A stretch of 64,000 nucleotides of DNA from Gemmatimonadales bacterium (GCA_041615815.1 JBFJCP010000004.1:96001-160000), one strand, 5' to 3'. Positions 1 to 9,645 are shown, counted from the first letter of the stretch. Notes: a model not told the origin generated them from the letters alone. Numbers and translations are program-made.

Positions 1-1057
1 GGCACTCTTTCTGTTCGCGGCGCTCCGGTCAGTCCTCACTGCGTTTGCCGCTGCGGGGGAGGTGGGGTCGGAGGCTCGCCTCGTAACGCGGAGCGCCATC
101 GGCATCACCTTTCCGCTTCCCCAGGCCTACGCGCAGCGGATCTCCGCCCTCGACGGTGTCCGCGAGGTGTCCTGGGCCAACTGGTTCGGTGGCGTCTACG
201 TCGATCCGCAGAACTTCTTTGCACAGTTTGCGGTGAATGACACGTATTTCCCCATGTATCCGGAGGTCCGTATCCCTTCCGAACAGCTTCAGGCGTTCAA
301 CGGGGAGCGAACGGCGGCCATCGTGGGGCAGGGTCTGATGGACCGGTTCGGGTGGCGGATGGGGCAGACGGTCACCCTACAGGGGACGATATTCCCCGGT
401 GACTGGGACTTCACGATTCGGGGCGTGTACGTGCCGGACGATCCGAGCTTTGGCGACGAGAGCTTCTTCTTCCATTACGACTATCTCCTCGAGCGCACCA
501 ACCGGCAGATCACCCCCGGGTGGTTCATCTTGCAGCTGGGAAACCCCGACGCCGCCGCGGCGGTGTCCGCAGAGGTCGATGCGCTGTTCGAGAACTCGAG
601 CTCGCCCACTACCACTGAGACCGAGAAAGCGTTCAACGCCGGATTCGTGACCATGTGGGGGAATGTGTCGTTTCTGGTGCGCGCCATTGGAACCGCCGTC
701 TTCTTTGCCATCCTGCTCTTGGCGGCCAACACCATGATGATGGCCGCCCGCGAGCGTATAGGCGAAGTGGCGGTCCTCAAGACGTTGGGGTTTTCCAACG
801 GGCTTCTCTCGGGTCTCGTCATGACGGAAGCTGTCACGATCTCGCTGCTCGGCGGCGTGGTCGGCATCCTTGGTGCGCGGGCCGTTCTGAGCCGGTCCGA
901 AATGATCTCGTCGATCATTCCGGGCTACGCCATCGAGTGGAGCACGGTGGCGTTGGGGCTGGGTGTTGCCGCGCTCCTGGGCTTGGCCAGCGGACTGGTG
1001 CCGGCGATCCAAGCCGGCCGGTTGTCCGTGGTCGACGCCTTCCGCCGGGTCGCGTAG
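1..1057 (+). CDS. ABC transporter permease (MacB/FtsX family), 5'-truncated by the window edge
   Basis: Frame is open from position 2 (ALFLFAALRSVL...). Periplasmic MacB-like region, then the FtsX motif ANTMMMAARERIGEVAVLKTLGF and C-terminal TM helices. Confidence 0.9.
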   Translation, partial: ALFLFAALRSVLTAFAAAGEVGSEARLVTRSAIGITFPLPQAYAQRISALDGVREVSWANWFGGVYVDPQNFFAQFAVNDTYFPMYPEVRIPSEQLQAFNGERTAAIVGQGLMDRFGWRMGQTVTLQGTIFPGDWDFTIRGVYVPDDPSFGDESFFFHYDYLLERTNRQITPGWFILQLGNPDAAAAVSAEVDALFENSSSPTTTETEKAFNAGFVTMWGNVSFLVRAIGTAVFFAILLLAANTMMMAARERIGEVAVLKTLGFSNGLLSGLVMTEAVTISLLGGVVGILGARAVLSRSEMISSIIPGYAIEWSTVALGLGVAALLGLASGLVPAIQAGRLSVVDAFRRVA

Positions 1058-1065
1058 GAGGGGCC

Positions 1066-2229
1066 GTGAAGATCCCGCTCGTCTACAACCTCAGAAGCCT
1101 GCGGCAGCGTCCGGTGTCGACGCTGACCACTGCCGTTGGCATGGCCCTCGTCGTCGCGGTCTTCGTCGCCATGATGGCTCTATCGAACGGATTCGAAGCC
1201 GCGCTCGTGAGCACGGGATCGCAGGACAACGTGATGGTCCTGCGCAAAGGGGCGAATGCCGAAATGAGCAGCGCCTTGAGCCGGGAGGCAGCGAATATCG
1301 TGGCGGCGTCCCCGTTTGTGGCCCGGGATCCCACGGGGCAGTCCCTGGTGAGTCCGGAGACGTTTGTCGTCATCAGTGCCCATCGTGTGACCGGGGAGCT
1401 CGCCAATGTCGTCGTACGCGGTGTTGGTCCCCGCGCGCGGGACGTGCGCCAAAGTGTTCGGGTCGTCGAAGGCCGATGGTTCAGTTCGGGCGCGTCCGAA
1501 ATCGTGGTTGGAGAGACGCTCTCGCGGCGCTTCGCCAATACCGGGATTGGAGACACCTTTCGGTTCGCCGGTCGGGACTGGACGGTGGTGGGTCGATTCA
1601 CCGCCGATGGGTCCGCATTCGAATCGGAGATCTGGGGCGAGAACGAGCAATTCATGCCGGTCTTCCGGGGCCAGGTGTTTCAGTCGATCACGTTCCGCCT
1701 CCAAGACTCCGGGGCGTTCGAGGGCGTCAAGGAGACGCTCGAAGACGATCCCCGGCTCTACGTCGACGCGTTTCGCGAGCAGCGATTCTGGGAGAACCAG
1801 GCTGGGCTCTTGGGTGGGATCCTCCGGTTCCTGGCCATCTTCATCTCGAGCGTGATGGCGATCGGGGCCGTCTTTGGTGCCGTGAACACGATGTATGCCG
1901 CGGTCGCCGCCCGATCACCGGAGATCGGGGTGCTGCTGACTCTGGGGTTCAGACCCAGGAACGTCCTGACCTCGTTTCTCGTGGAAGCCGTCCTCATCGC
2001 GCTGCTGGGCGGTGTCATTGGTTGCCTGCTCACGCTCCCCATCAACGGGCTCGTGACGAGCACGACGAACTGGAACTCCTTTAGCGAGTTAGCGTTTGCC
2101 TTCCGAGTGACCCCAGGACTGTTCGTCCAGGGTCTCATCTTCGCGGCGGTCATGGGCACGCTGGGCGGGATCCTTCCGGCCTGGCGGGCCGCCCGGCAGC
2201 CGGTGGCGACGGCACTCCGGGAGGCATGA
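1066..2229 (+). CDS. ABC transporter permease (MacB/FtsX family)
   Basis: GTG start after a GGAGG RBS. MKIPLVYNLRSLRQR N-terminus and AVNTMYAAVAARSPEIGVLLTLGF motif; paired with the upstream permease. Confidence 0.9.
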   Translation: MKIPLVYNLRSLRQRPVSTLTTAVGMALVVAVFVAMMALSNGFEAALVSTGSQDNVMVLRKGANAEMSSALSREAANIVAASPFVARDPTGQSLVSPETFVVISAHRVTGELANVVVRGVGPRARDVRQSVRVVEGRWFSSGASEIVVGETLSRRFANTGIGDTFRFAGRDWTVVGRFTADGSAFESEIWGENEQFMPVFRGQVFQSITFRLQDSGAFEGVKETLEDDPRLYVDAFREQRFWENQAGLLGGILRFLAIFISSVMAIGAVFGAVNTMYAAVAARSPEIGVLLTLGFRPRNVLTSFLVEAVLIALLGGVIGCLLTLPINGLVTSTTNWNSFSELAFAFRVTPGLFVQGLIFAAVMGTLGGILPAWRAARQPVATALREA

Positions 2230-2237
2230 AGGTCGTT

Positions 2238-2281
2238 TGTGATCCGCATCACACTTCTGCTGCGGCACATCTTGCTACTAT
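2238..2281 (+). promoter_or_regulatory. CRP/FNR-family box with a downstream extended -10 element
   Basis: Exact TGTGA-N6-TCACA at 2238-2253; TG-c-TACTAT at 2273-2281. Confidence 0.55.
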
Positions 2282-2402
2282 TTGACAGCGGGAACGGTTA
2301 CGGTCCCGAGCCCTACAGCCGATCGTCTTCTTATAAGGAAGGGAATCGTGGTGGCGCGTTGCCCGGCGGATCGGGCGCGTCGTGCACGCGGCGAGCACAC
2401 CG

Positions 2403-2600
2403 ATGACGATTCAGCGACTCACGCATCCACGGCTCATGATTGCCCCGGCGGTCGGTCAGTCCATCAGGCTGATTGAGTCGACCGTTCGGCAAGCATTTGC
2501 GAGCGTCGGAGTGGTGATCTCCTTTGTCTCTCCCCTGATTTGGCTGGTGGGTTGGGTTGTGCTCATCGTGACCGCCGTCAAGACCGGCCGTTGGTTCTAG
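2403..2600 (+). CDS. small putative membrane protein (65 aa)
   Basis: ATG ORF with a hydrophobic C-terminal helix (VVISFVSPLIWLVGWVVLIVTAV), lying between a promoter-like region and a terminator. Confidence 0.5.
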   Translation: MTIQRLTHPRLMIAPAVGQSIRLIESTVRQAFASVGVVISFVSPLIWLVGWVVLIVTAVKTGRWF

Positions 2601-2619
2601 CGGCACGGACGGAAGGAAG

Positions 2620-2652
2620 AAAGCGCCCCGGGTCTCGGCCCGGGGCGCTTTT
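2620..2652. terminator. bidirectional intrinsic terminator
   Basis: AAAGCGCCCCGGG-N6-CCCGGGGCGCTTTT hairpin between convergent genes. Confidence 0.8.
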
Positions 2653-2679
2653 CGTTGGCACGCTTACGCCCTCCATGCG

Positions 2680-2952
2680 TCAATCTACGTCGCCCGCCCC
2701 CACATCGTGCTCCTGCAGTGCTTGGAGGAACTCTTGTGACTTCCGGCGGCGGCGTTCCGTCTCTGCCGCATCGACCTCCGCTGCGAGCCAGTCCGGCTCA
2801 CCACCGTCATCGATGGGAACCCGCAACACCATAGACTCGGCGATGCCCTTCTTGAAGCGCCGCAGCGGAATGGACGCCGCTCGGCCCTCCTCGTCGACGA
2901 CGATCGCTGTCTGCGCACTGATACGGTCAACGGCGTAGTAGCGTTCGGCCAT
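2680..2952 (-). CDS. DUF3006-like small protein
   Basis: YAVDRIS...IPLRRFKKGIAESMVL...DAAETERRRRK matches the DUF3006 pattern. Confidence 0.7.
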   Translation of the reverse strand: MAERYYAVDRISAQTAIVVDEEGRAASIPLRRFKKGIAESMVLRVPIDDGGEPDWLAAEVDAAETERRRRKSQEFLQALQEHDVGAGDVD

Positions 2953-3240
2953 TCACCACCCTCGGATTGGCTGGATCCGGACCTGGTGCCCGCACGATCT
3001 TTGGCCCATAAGGTTGCCGAGTTCCGGGCTGAAAGGCAACGGGCCTGGAAGGGCAGACCGCGATGGGCAGAAGGCAGAAGGCGAGGGCAAACGCAGCGAG
3101 CGGCACGGACGTGCGGCGAATTCAGCAATCCGATGTGAGAACTGGTGATCCGAGTGGGGGGCACAGAGGTGGACGAGGGCAGAGGTAGGAGGATCAGGGC
3201 GAGCTCGCCGCCTCAGCCTTCCACCCTCTGCCCCCGATTG

Positions 3241-6200
3241 TTACGGTGCGCCGTGGCAGGTCTCTCCGAAGCTGGAGTCGAGCGGCGAGCTGCTGGCATT
3301 GGGAGCGCCGAGGAACTCCCAATCGTAGCTATTCTGGTGGAGCTGGAGCTTGAGGATGCCCCAGGTGTTGTCGATCCGCACCTGGCTGTTCGGCTGAATC
3401 TGTCCTGGGCTGATGGTGCGCAGCGGTGAGCCGCCCGTCCCGACGATGAACTGGCGGATGCCGAAAACCGGATCGGCAACGCCGCTCGGATTCTGTCGGG
3501 CGTAGCGCTCGTAGAAGTGGCCGTCCCCGTTCAACACCAGTTCCACACCCGCGCTGTAGAGGGCATCCCAGACCGCTTGGAGATTGGCGTCGCCCGGGGC
3601 GGTTTGCGGCCCCGAGCTGTACCTCGGCGAGTGCCAGTAAGCCAGGGTGCACAACTTCTGCGTTGTCGCGAGCTCGTTCTGGAGCCAGGTCAACTGAGCC
3701 GACCCCGCGCCGATGGCGATCTCGCTGTTGAGGACGATGACACGCCAGGCTCCGAGGTTGTAGGCGTAGTATCCCTGTCCGCGCGCCCCGGCAGGCAGGC
3801 CATCGCCATCCGGGTCCCAGTAGTCCCAGTAGGGGCTCGCCTGCGGATTCACGTCGTACTCGTGATTCCCGATCGTGGGCCGGGTCCGGTCGCGGTGCCG
3901 ACCCCACGTCGGATGGTACAGGGTGTTGAACTGTGCGGCCGTTCCCGACGGCACGTGATCTCCCAGCGTGAAGATCGTGGCAGCGGCCCCGATTTGGTCG
4001 AGCATGGCCGCCGTCTGAGAGGCCCCGGTGGTGTCCCCGGCCGCCCCAATGATGTCACCCGCACCGAGCATGACCTGCTCAAAGGCGAGGCACCGCACTT
4101 CCATGGCGTAACTCGTGGTCGTGTTGTAGGCCACGGTGGCCGTCTGGGGATTGCCGCCAAGGACATTGCAGTTGTCCTGCCGGCCCGAGATAGCAATGCT
4201 ATGTTGGCCCACCGCCAGATTCGTGAACGTCACCGTCTGATTGGTCCCGCTCGGTTGCGTGGTCGAGCCGTCCACGGTCACGCTATAACCGTCCGGATCC
4301 AGGTCCGTTCCGGTGGTGGTGATCACCACGTTCAGGGTCCCCTCGTATGGCACGCACGTGACGGTCCAGCTGTGCGATCCCGTGCCGTTGGCTGGGACGG
4401 TGGCGGTGGCCGGATTGGCGCCGCCCACCGTACAGTTGGCGCGGGCGCCGCTCAGCTGCACCGAGTGATTCCCGTCGTCCAGATCGACGAACGTGACGGT
4501 GCCGTTGATGCCGATGGCCTGACTCTGCGAGCCGTCCACGGTGACCGTGTAGCCATCCGGATCAAGGCTGTCGCCAAGAGTCGTTACGCTCACGTCGAGG
4601 TTCCCCAGGAGGGGCGCGCACGTAATGGAAAACGTCGTCGAGGCCGTACCGGCATACGGGACGCTCACCGTCCGCGGATTGGAGCCCGAGACCGTGCAGT
4701 TGTTGTCCAGTCCGGTGAGCTCCACGGTGTGGCTCGCCTCGTCGAGCCCGGTGAACAGCAACGTGTCCGCGAGACCGATGGCGCTCGGGGTACCGGCATC
4801 CACGGTCACCGCGTAGCCGTTGGGATCCAGGTCGGTTCCACTCGTCGTCGTGATGATCCGAAGGTCGCCGAGGCGCTCGACGCAGTTCACGGTGAAGGTA
4901 GTCGTTGCGGTGCCGCTGAACGGCACGGTGACGGTCACGGGGTTGGTGCTGGTGACCGTGCAGTTCCCCTCGAGTCCCGTGAGCTGCACGCTGTGAGCGC
5001 CCTCATCCAAGCCGGCAAAGCTGACGGTCCCATTGGCGAGGATCGCTTGTGGTGTGCCACCGTCGACAGCCACCGAGTAGCCGTCGGGGTCGATGTCGAC
5101 GCCGGTCGACACCGTCGTCACGTCGAGATTCCCCGTGCGGTTCACGCAGTTGACGTCGAAGCTCGTGGTCGCGGTGGCGTTGAACGGCACGTTCGCGGTG
5201 ACCGGGTTGGTGCTGGTCACGCTGCAGTTGCCCGCCAGCCCCGTCAGCTCGACGCTGTGGTTGCCTTCCGTGAGCCCCTGGAAGGTGGTGGTGGCATTGA
5301 TCGCGACACTCTGACTGACCGAGCCATCGACGGTCACCGTGTACCCATCGGGGTCGAGGTCGGTACCCGTGGTGCGAGTCGTCACTCCTAGATTGCCAAG
5401 GCGCTGCGTACACGTCAGATCGAACGTGGACGTCCCCGTTCCCTGGAATGGCACGTTCGCCTGTCGGGGGTTGATCCCTGAGAGGGTGCAGTTTCCGGCA
5501 ATGCCGGTGAGAGTGATCGTATGCAGCCCCTCGGCGAGCCCGGTGAACGTCACGGAACCGTTGGTTGCGATCGTTTGATTCTGCGCGCCGTCCACCGAGA
5601 CGGTGTATCCGTTGGGATCCAGATCCACGCCGGTGGTGTTCGTCGTCACCGTGAGATCACCGGTGCGGTCGGAGCAGGTCACACTGAAGCTCGTAGCGGC
5701 GGACCCGTTGAAGGGGACCGTCACCGTGTCTGGGTTCGCGCTCGTCACGGTGCAGTTGTTGATGACACCGGTCAGCTGGACGGCGTGATCTCCTTCGGTG
5801 AGGCCCGTGAAGGTGACGGTTGCGTTGATACCGATGGATCGACTCTGGGTCCCGTCGACGGTGATGGTGTAACCGTCCGGGTCCAGGTCGTCCCCCGTGG
5901 TGGCCGTCGTGACGTCGAGCGTTCCGGTTCGCGCGGCGCAGTTCACCGTGAACGTGGCGGTCCCTGTCGCAGCAAACGGAACCGAGGCCGTTTGCGGGTT
6001 GCTGCCGCTCACCGTGCAATTGCCGGCCAAGCCGGTGAGCTCGACCGAGTGGTTGCCTTCCGCAAGGCCGGTAAAGGTGACCGATCCATTGGTGGCCACG
6101 GTCTGCGTCAGCGTCCCGTCCACGGTCACCGAGTATCCGTCGGGATCCTGGTCGCTTCCGGTGGTTGTCACGGTGACGGACAGGTCGCCAAGGCGGTCCG

Positions 6201-7557
6201 AGCAGGCCACCGCGAAGCTCGTCGAGGCCGTACCGCTGTAGGGCACGGTCACGGTCACCGGGTTCGCGCCACTGACGCTGCAGTTTCCAGCCAAACCGGT
6301 GAGCTCGACGCTGCGATTGCCTTCCGCCACGCCGGTGATCGTCACCGTGCCGTTGATCCCGATGGTCTGGCTTTGACTCCCATCGATCACGACCGTGTAC
6401 CCGTCCGGATCTGGGTCGGTGCCGGTTGTCGCGGTGGACACGTCGAGGCTCCCGACGCGGGGGATGCACTGCACGGCGAACGTGGCGGACCCCGATCCGC
6501 CCGGTGGCACATCGGCGCTCACCGGATTGGCGCTGGTCACGGAGCAGTTCTCCGCCACGCCGGACAGCTCGACGCTATGCGTCCCGTCGTCCAGGTCGGC
6601 AAACACGGCGGTCCCGTTGGTCGTCACGGACTGGCTCTGCACGCCGTCCAGCGTGACCACGTAGCCATCAGGGTCGAGATCGGTCCCCGTGGTCGCGACC
6701 GTTACGCTCAGCCCACCCTTCAGTGGAACGCACTGAACCGCGAATGTGAGGGTGGCCGTGCCACCAGGTGGCACATCGGCGTTGGCCGGGTTCGCGCCCG
6801 TGACGGCGCAGTTCCCCGCGATACCCGTGATCTCCACCGTATGCGGACCATCCGGGAGATCGGTGAACAAGACACTGCCATTGGCGTCGATGGCCTGACT
6901 CACGGCGGCCGCCGCCGCAGGTGCGGGGGCAGCGGTGGCGTCGGGGCGGATTGGCCGAGCACCGGCAGTCCCGGTGCGGCCTCGGAGGTTGGCATCGAAA
7001 GCGGTGGGATCGTCGTCGACCCGGTCGTCGGGCGCCGAGGTCGCTGACGGCGGGGACGGGCTGATCTGGGTGACGGTGACCATGTAGCCGTCCGGATCCA
7101 GATCCTCACCGGAAGTGGCCATGTCGACCTGGAGATCGCCCACGAACGTGGAGCAACTGACGTTCATGCGGGTCGTCCCGCCGGTCCCGTCCTGGATCAC
7201 CACCGTGCGAGGGTGTTCGCCGAGGATCGTGCAGTTGCTTGCCACGCCGCTCAGGGCGACGGTGTGACTCCCCGCCGCAAGCCCGCCAATGGTGGCCGAG
7301 CCGTTGGCCGGAATGTCCCGGGTAATGGTCCCGTCGATGGTGGCGGTATAGCCGTCCGGATCGATGTCGTCACCGGACGTGACGATCTGAACGAAGAGCG
7401 CAAACCGCGGCTCACCCGGACCGGTCTGCCTTTCTCCCGCACAGCGGGCCACGAGCACGGACAGGGCGATGTAGCCGAAGGAACGCAAGAGCACGCCCCA
7501 TAGGCGCCGAAGACGGGGGCGGGCATCCCTCGGTTCTGGAGTCGTTGCAGCCTTCAC
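3241..7557 (-). CDS. large secreted or lipoprotein with 12 tandem beta-rich repeats and a C-terminal calcineurin-like metallophosphoesterase
   Basis: N-terminal hydrophobic stretch ending VARC; 12 DP(D/N)GY repeats; C-terminal AGD, LGD and GNHEY motifs plus YER and QFIVGTGG. Confidence 0.85.
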   Translation of the reverse strand: MKAATTPEPRDARPRLRRLWGVLLRSFGYIALSVLVARCAGERQTGPGEPRFALFVQIVTSGDDIDPDGYTATIDGTITRDIPANGSATIGGLAAGSHTVALSGVASNCTILGEHPRTVVIQDGTGGTTRMNVSCSTFVGDLQVDMATSGEDLDPDGYMVTVTQISPSPPSATSAPDDRVDDDPTAFDANLRGRTGTAGARPIRPDATAAPAPAAAAAVSQAIDANGSVLFTDLPDGPHTVEITGIAGNCAVTGANPANADVPPGGTATLTFAVQCVPLKGGLSVTVATTGTDLDPDGYVVTLDGVQSQSVTTNGTAVFADLDDGTHSVELSGVAENCSVTSANPVSADVPPGGSGSATFAVQCIPRVGSLDVSTATTGTDPDPDGYTVVIDGSQSQTIGINGTVTITGVAEGNRSVELTGLAGNCSVSGANPVTVTVPYSGTASTSFAVACSDRLGDLSVTVTTTGSDQDPDGYSVTVDGTLTQTVATNGSVTFTGLAEGNHSVELTGLAGNCTVSGSNPQTASVPFAATGTATFTVNCAARTGTLDVTTATTGDDLDPDGYTITVDGTQSRSIGINATVTFTGLTEGDHAVQLTGVINNCTVTSANPDTVTVPFNGSAATSFSVTCSDRTGDLTVTTNTTGVDLDPNGYTVSVDGAQNQTIATNGSVTFTGLAEGLHTITLTGIAGNCTLSGINPRQANVPFQGTGTSTFDLTCTQRLGNLGVTTRTTGTDLDPDGYTVTVDGSVSQSVAINATTTFQGLTEGNHSVELTGLAGNCSVTSTNPVTANVPFNATATTSFDVNCVNRTGNLDVTTVSTGVDIDPDGYSVAVDGGTPQAILANGTVSFAGLDEGAHSVQLTGLEGNCTVTSTNPVTVTVPFSGTATTTFTVNCVERLGDLRIITTTSGTDLDPNGYAVTVDAGTPSAIGLADTLLFTGLDEASHTVELTGLDNNCTVSGSNPRTVSVPYAGTASTTFSITCAPLLGNLDVSVTTLGDSLDPDGYTVTVDGSQSQAIGINGTVTFVDLDDGNHSVQLSGARANCTVGGANPATATVPANGTGSHSWTVTCVPYEGTLNVVITTTGTDLDPDGYSVTVDGSTTQPSGTNQTVTFTNLAVGQHSIAISGRQDNCNVLGGNPQTATVAYNTTTSYAMEVRCLAFEQVMLGAGDIIGAAGDTTGASQTAAMLDQIGAAATIFTLGDHVPSGTAAQFNTLYHPTWGRHRDRTRPTIGNHEYDVNPQASPYWDYWDPDGDGLPAGARGQGYYAYNLGAWRVIVLNSEIAIGAGSAQLTWLQNELATTQKLCTLAYWHSPRYSSGPQTAPGDANLQAVWDALYSAGVELVLNGDGHFYERYARQNPSGVADPVFGIRQFIVGTGGSPLRTISPGQIQPNSQVRIDNTWGILKLQLHQNSYDWEFLGAPNASSSPLDSSFGETCHGAP
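4090..7400 (-). repeat. 12 intragenic tandem repeats of ~88 aa (~264 bp)
   Basis: Unit is roughly GxLxVTTxTTGxDLDPDGYTVTVDG...NGTVTFTGLxEGxHSVELTGLAGNCxVxxxNPxTVxVP...FxVxC, with two Cys per unit. Confidence 0.9.
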
Positions 7558-7774
7558 GATGTCAGGGCGCTTTCGAAGGGGTTCCCATTTTTTAAGTGAT
7601 TACGCGCCTGACACGATTGGAAAAAGCGTACCCGATTAGGATAAGTCTCTGTGCCGGCTACGCTTGACCCCTTGGAGAGCCGTCTCGACCCGGTGTCTGA
7701 TCGTTGCAGGATTGCAACAAGGGGAGGTACCGACTGTGGGGTTTTGTCCTTCTGGCCGTCGATGTGCCATGCGC

Positions 7775-9532
7775 TCAGGCTGATCGCAAGCGGCGCTCCG
7801 CGGAGTAGGGGAAGACGTCGGGGACGTCGTCGGCAGCGTGGCGCTCCTGCAGGCGCTGCCAGAACGCGGGATGGAAGAGACAGGAATGCGTCTCGAGGAA
7901 GAGGCGACGGAGCGCACCGCCCAGGCTCAAGAATCGAGACAGCTCCTCGGGAAACACGTCGTGGGGGTTCACGTGGAACCAGGGTTCGGCCGCCATCTCG
8001 TCTTCGGGGTACCGGGGCTCTGGGAGGTCTCGGAAGGTGCACTCGCTGAGGAGGCACAGTTCGTCGTAGTCGTAGAAGATGACGCGTCCGTGGCGCGTCA
8101 CGCCGAAGTTCTTGAGCAAGAGGTCACCGGGAAACACGTTGGTCATCGCGAGATCGCGAATGGCTTGACCGTAGTCGAGGACCGCGCGGCGAGCGCTCTC
8201 GGGATCGGCATCCCGCAGGTAGAGATCGAGCGGTCGGACCCGCCGTTCGGTGTAAAGGTGCGAAATCACGACGCGATTGCCTTCGAGCCGCACGGTGTGC
8301 GAGGCTCCCGACAGGAGTTCATCGAGGAGCTCGGGTGAGAAGCGTTGGCGGTCAAAGGTCAGGTGTTCGAACTCCTGGGCGTCCACGAGACGGCCGGCGC
8401 GGTCGTGTTCGAAGACCAAGCGATACCGGCGACGCACCTGGTCGCGTGTGGTCTGCTTGGGGTAGGCGAAACGATCGCGAATGACCTTGAAGACGACGTC
8501 GTGCGACGCCATGGTGAAGACGATCATCACGAGGCCGCGTGTTCCCGGAGCGACGACGAAGTGGTCGTCCGAACGCGCCAGGCGGCGGCGGAGGTTGCGG
8601 TAGAACTCCGTTTTCCCGTGTTTATTATGGCCCAGCGCAGTGTAGAGCTCCGCAACGGGCTTCAGCGGCATGAGGGATCGGAGAAACTGGATGGTCTCTG
8701 CGGCTGATCGTACGTCTGCATGAAAATACGAACGCGTGAAGCTGAAGGCGATGCTGACGTCTTCTTCGGTGAGGAGGGCGGCATCCACGGCGATGCGGTC
8801 GTCGGTATGGGTGAGTGCGAGCACCATCGGCATGACACGGTTACCGCCGCGCACCCGTCCCACGAGGTACGCTGCTTTCCGCCGGTAGAACACGGCGTCC
8901 AGCACGTCGATGGCTTCGAACGGGACGGGAGCCACCCCGGCGGCCCACCGTGAGACGATCCGTTTCGCCACCAAGTGTGCGTCCTCCTCGAGATCCCGGT
9001 AGGGCACGGCAAAAGAGTGATGTTCCAGGATGGACCGGACGACGTCGCGCGGTGAATCTTCCACCACGTACGTGCGATACGGCCGGTCACCGATACCCAC
9101 AAGCACACGCTCGAATTCGAAGTCCACGTACTCGATGGCCGGGTTGACCCCAACGGTGGTGAAGATCCGACGGGTGACGGAGTTGAAGAACGTCTCGGCC
9201 AGCTCCATGCTCGGGTCGCCGGCGATCTGCTCGGAGTAGTGGTCTCGCATTTGGGCCCAGACCGCCGCATCCCGTTCCCGCTCACCCAATAGCGCCTGGA
9301 TCTCCGCAATCAACGGATCCAGGACCTGTCCGTAGAGTGTCAGGCGTTCACGGGCATCGGCCTGCATCCCGCGCCAGTCTCGGTTCTCGAACCGTGTCTT
9401 GGCACGCCGCGTGATCTCTCGAAAGCGCTGGGAATACTCCTCGTATCCGCGCAACATGACGCTGGCGCCCGCAGACGCGTCGATCCCGGCGGGGTAGGGG
9501 TCCTTCGAGTGCGCGCGGATGGGGGCTGTCAC
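7775..9532 (-). CDS. aceK: isocitrate dehydrogenase kinase/phosphatase
   Basis: ELAETFFNSVTRRIF, APGTRGLVM (ATP loop), VFKVIRDRF, FPGDLLLKNFGVTRHGRVIFYDYDE. GTG start at 9532 is inferred. Confidence 0.95.
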   Translation of the reverse strand: MTAPIRAHSKDPYPAGIDASAGASVMLRGYEEYSQRFREITRRAKTRFENRDWRGMQADARERLTLYGQVLDPLIAEIQALLGERERDAAVWAQMRDHYSEQIAGDPSMELAETFFNSVTRRIFTTVGVNPAIEYVDFEFERVLVGIGDRPYRTYVVEDSPRDVVRSILEHHSFAVPYRDLEEDAHLVAKRIVSRWAAGVAPVPFEAIDVLDAVFYRRKAAYLVGRVRGGNRVMPMVLALTHTDDRIAVDAALLTEEDVSIAFSFTRSYFHADVRSAAETIQFLRSLMPLKPVAELYTALGHNKHGKTEFYRNLRRRLARSDDHFVVAPGTRGLVMIVFTMASHDVVFKVIRDRFAYPKQTTRDQVRRRYRLVFEHDRAGRLVDAQEFEHLTFDRQRFSPELLDELLSGASHTVRLEGNRVVISHLYTERRVRPLDLYLRDADPESARRAVLDYGQAIRDLAMTNVFPGDLLLKNFGVTRHGRVIFYDYDELCLLSECTFRDLPEPRYPEDEMAAEPWFHVNPHDVFPEELSRFLSLGGALRRLFLETHSCLFHPAFWQRLQERHAADDVPDVFPYSAERRLRSA

Positions 9533-9645
9533 CGGAGCCGGCCTTTCGCAGATGCTCGCGTTGGGCCGAATCAGGAAGCAAGGCCTGTGCCCCCCGCCAT
9601 CCCGGGTCGGGTGCCCGGCCCCGGGGGGAGGCATGGGCGGTGGAG

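Noticed and set aside
2263..2276. CGGCACATCTTGCT as a sigma54 promoter (similarly CGGCATACGTTGC near 35448)
   Set aside because: GG-to-GC spacing is 8 nt rather than the required 10.
3517..7047. Long plus-strand ORFs (624 aa and 508 aa) opposite the repeat protein
   Set aside because: Antisense shadows of a GC3-biased gene, with no recognisable motifs.
4090..7400. Possible CRISPR or other non-coding repeat array
   Set aside because: The repeats are ~264-bp in-frame protein units with synonymous divergence; there is no repeat-spacer structure and no cas gene.
7558..7774. Possible c-di-GMP riboswitch or sigma54 promoter upstream of the repeat protein
   Set aside because: No riboswitch consensus is recognisable, and the best -24/-12 candidate has CC instead of GC. 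A TTGCA-N4-TGCAA palindrome alone is insufficient.
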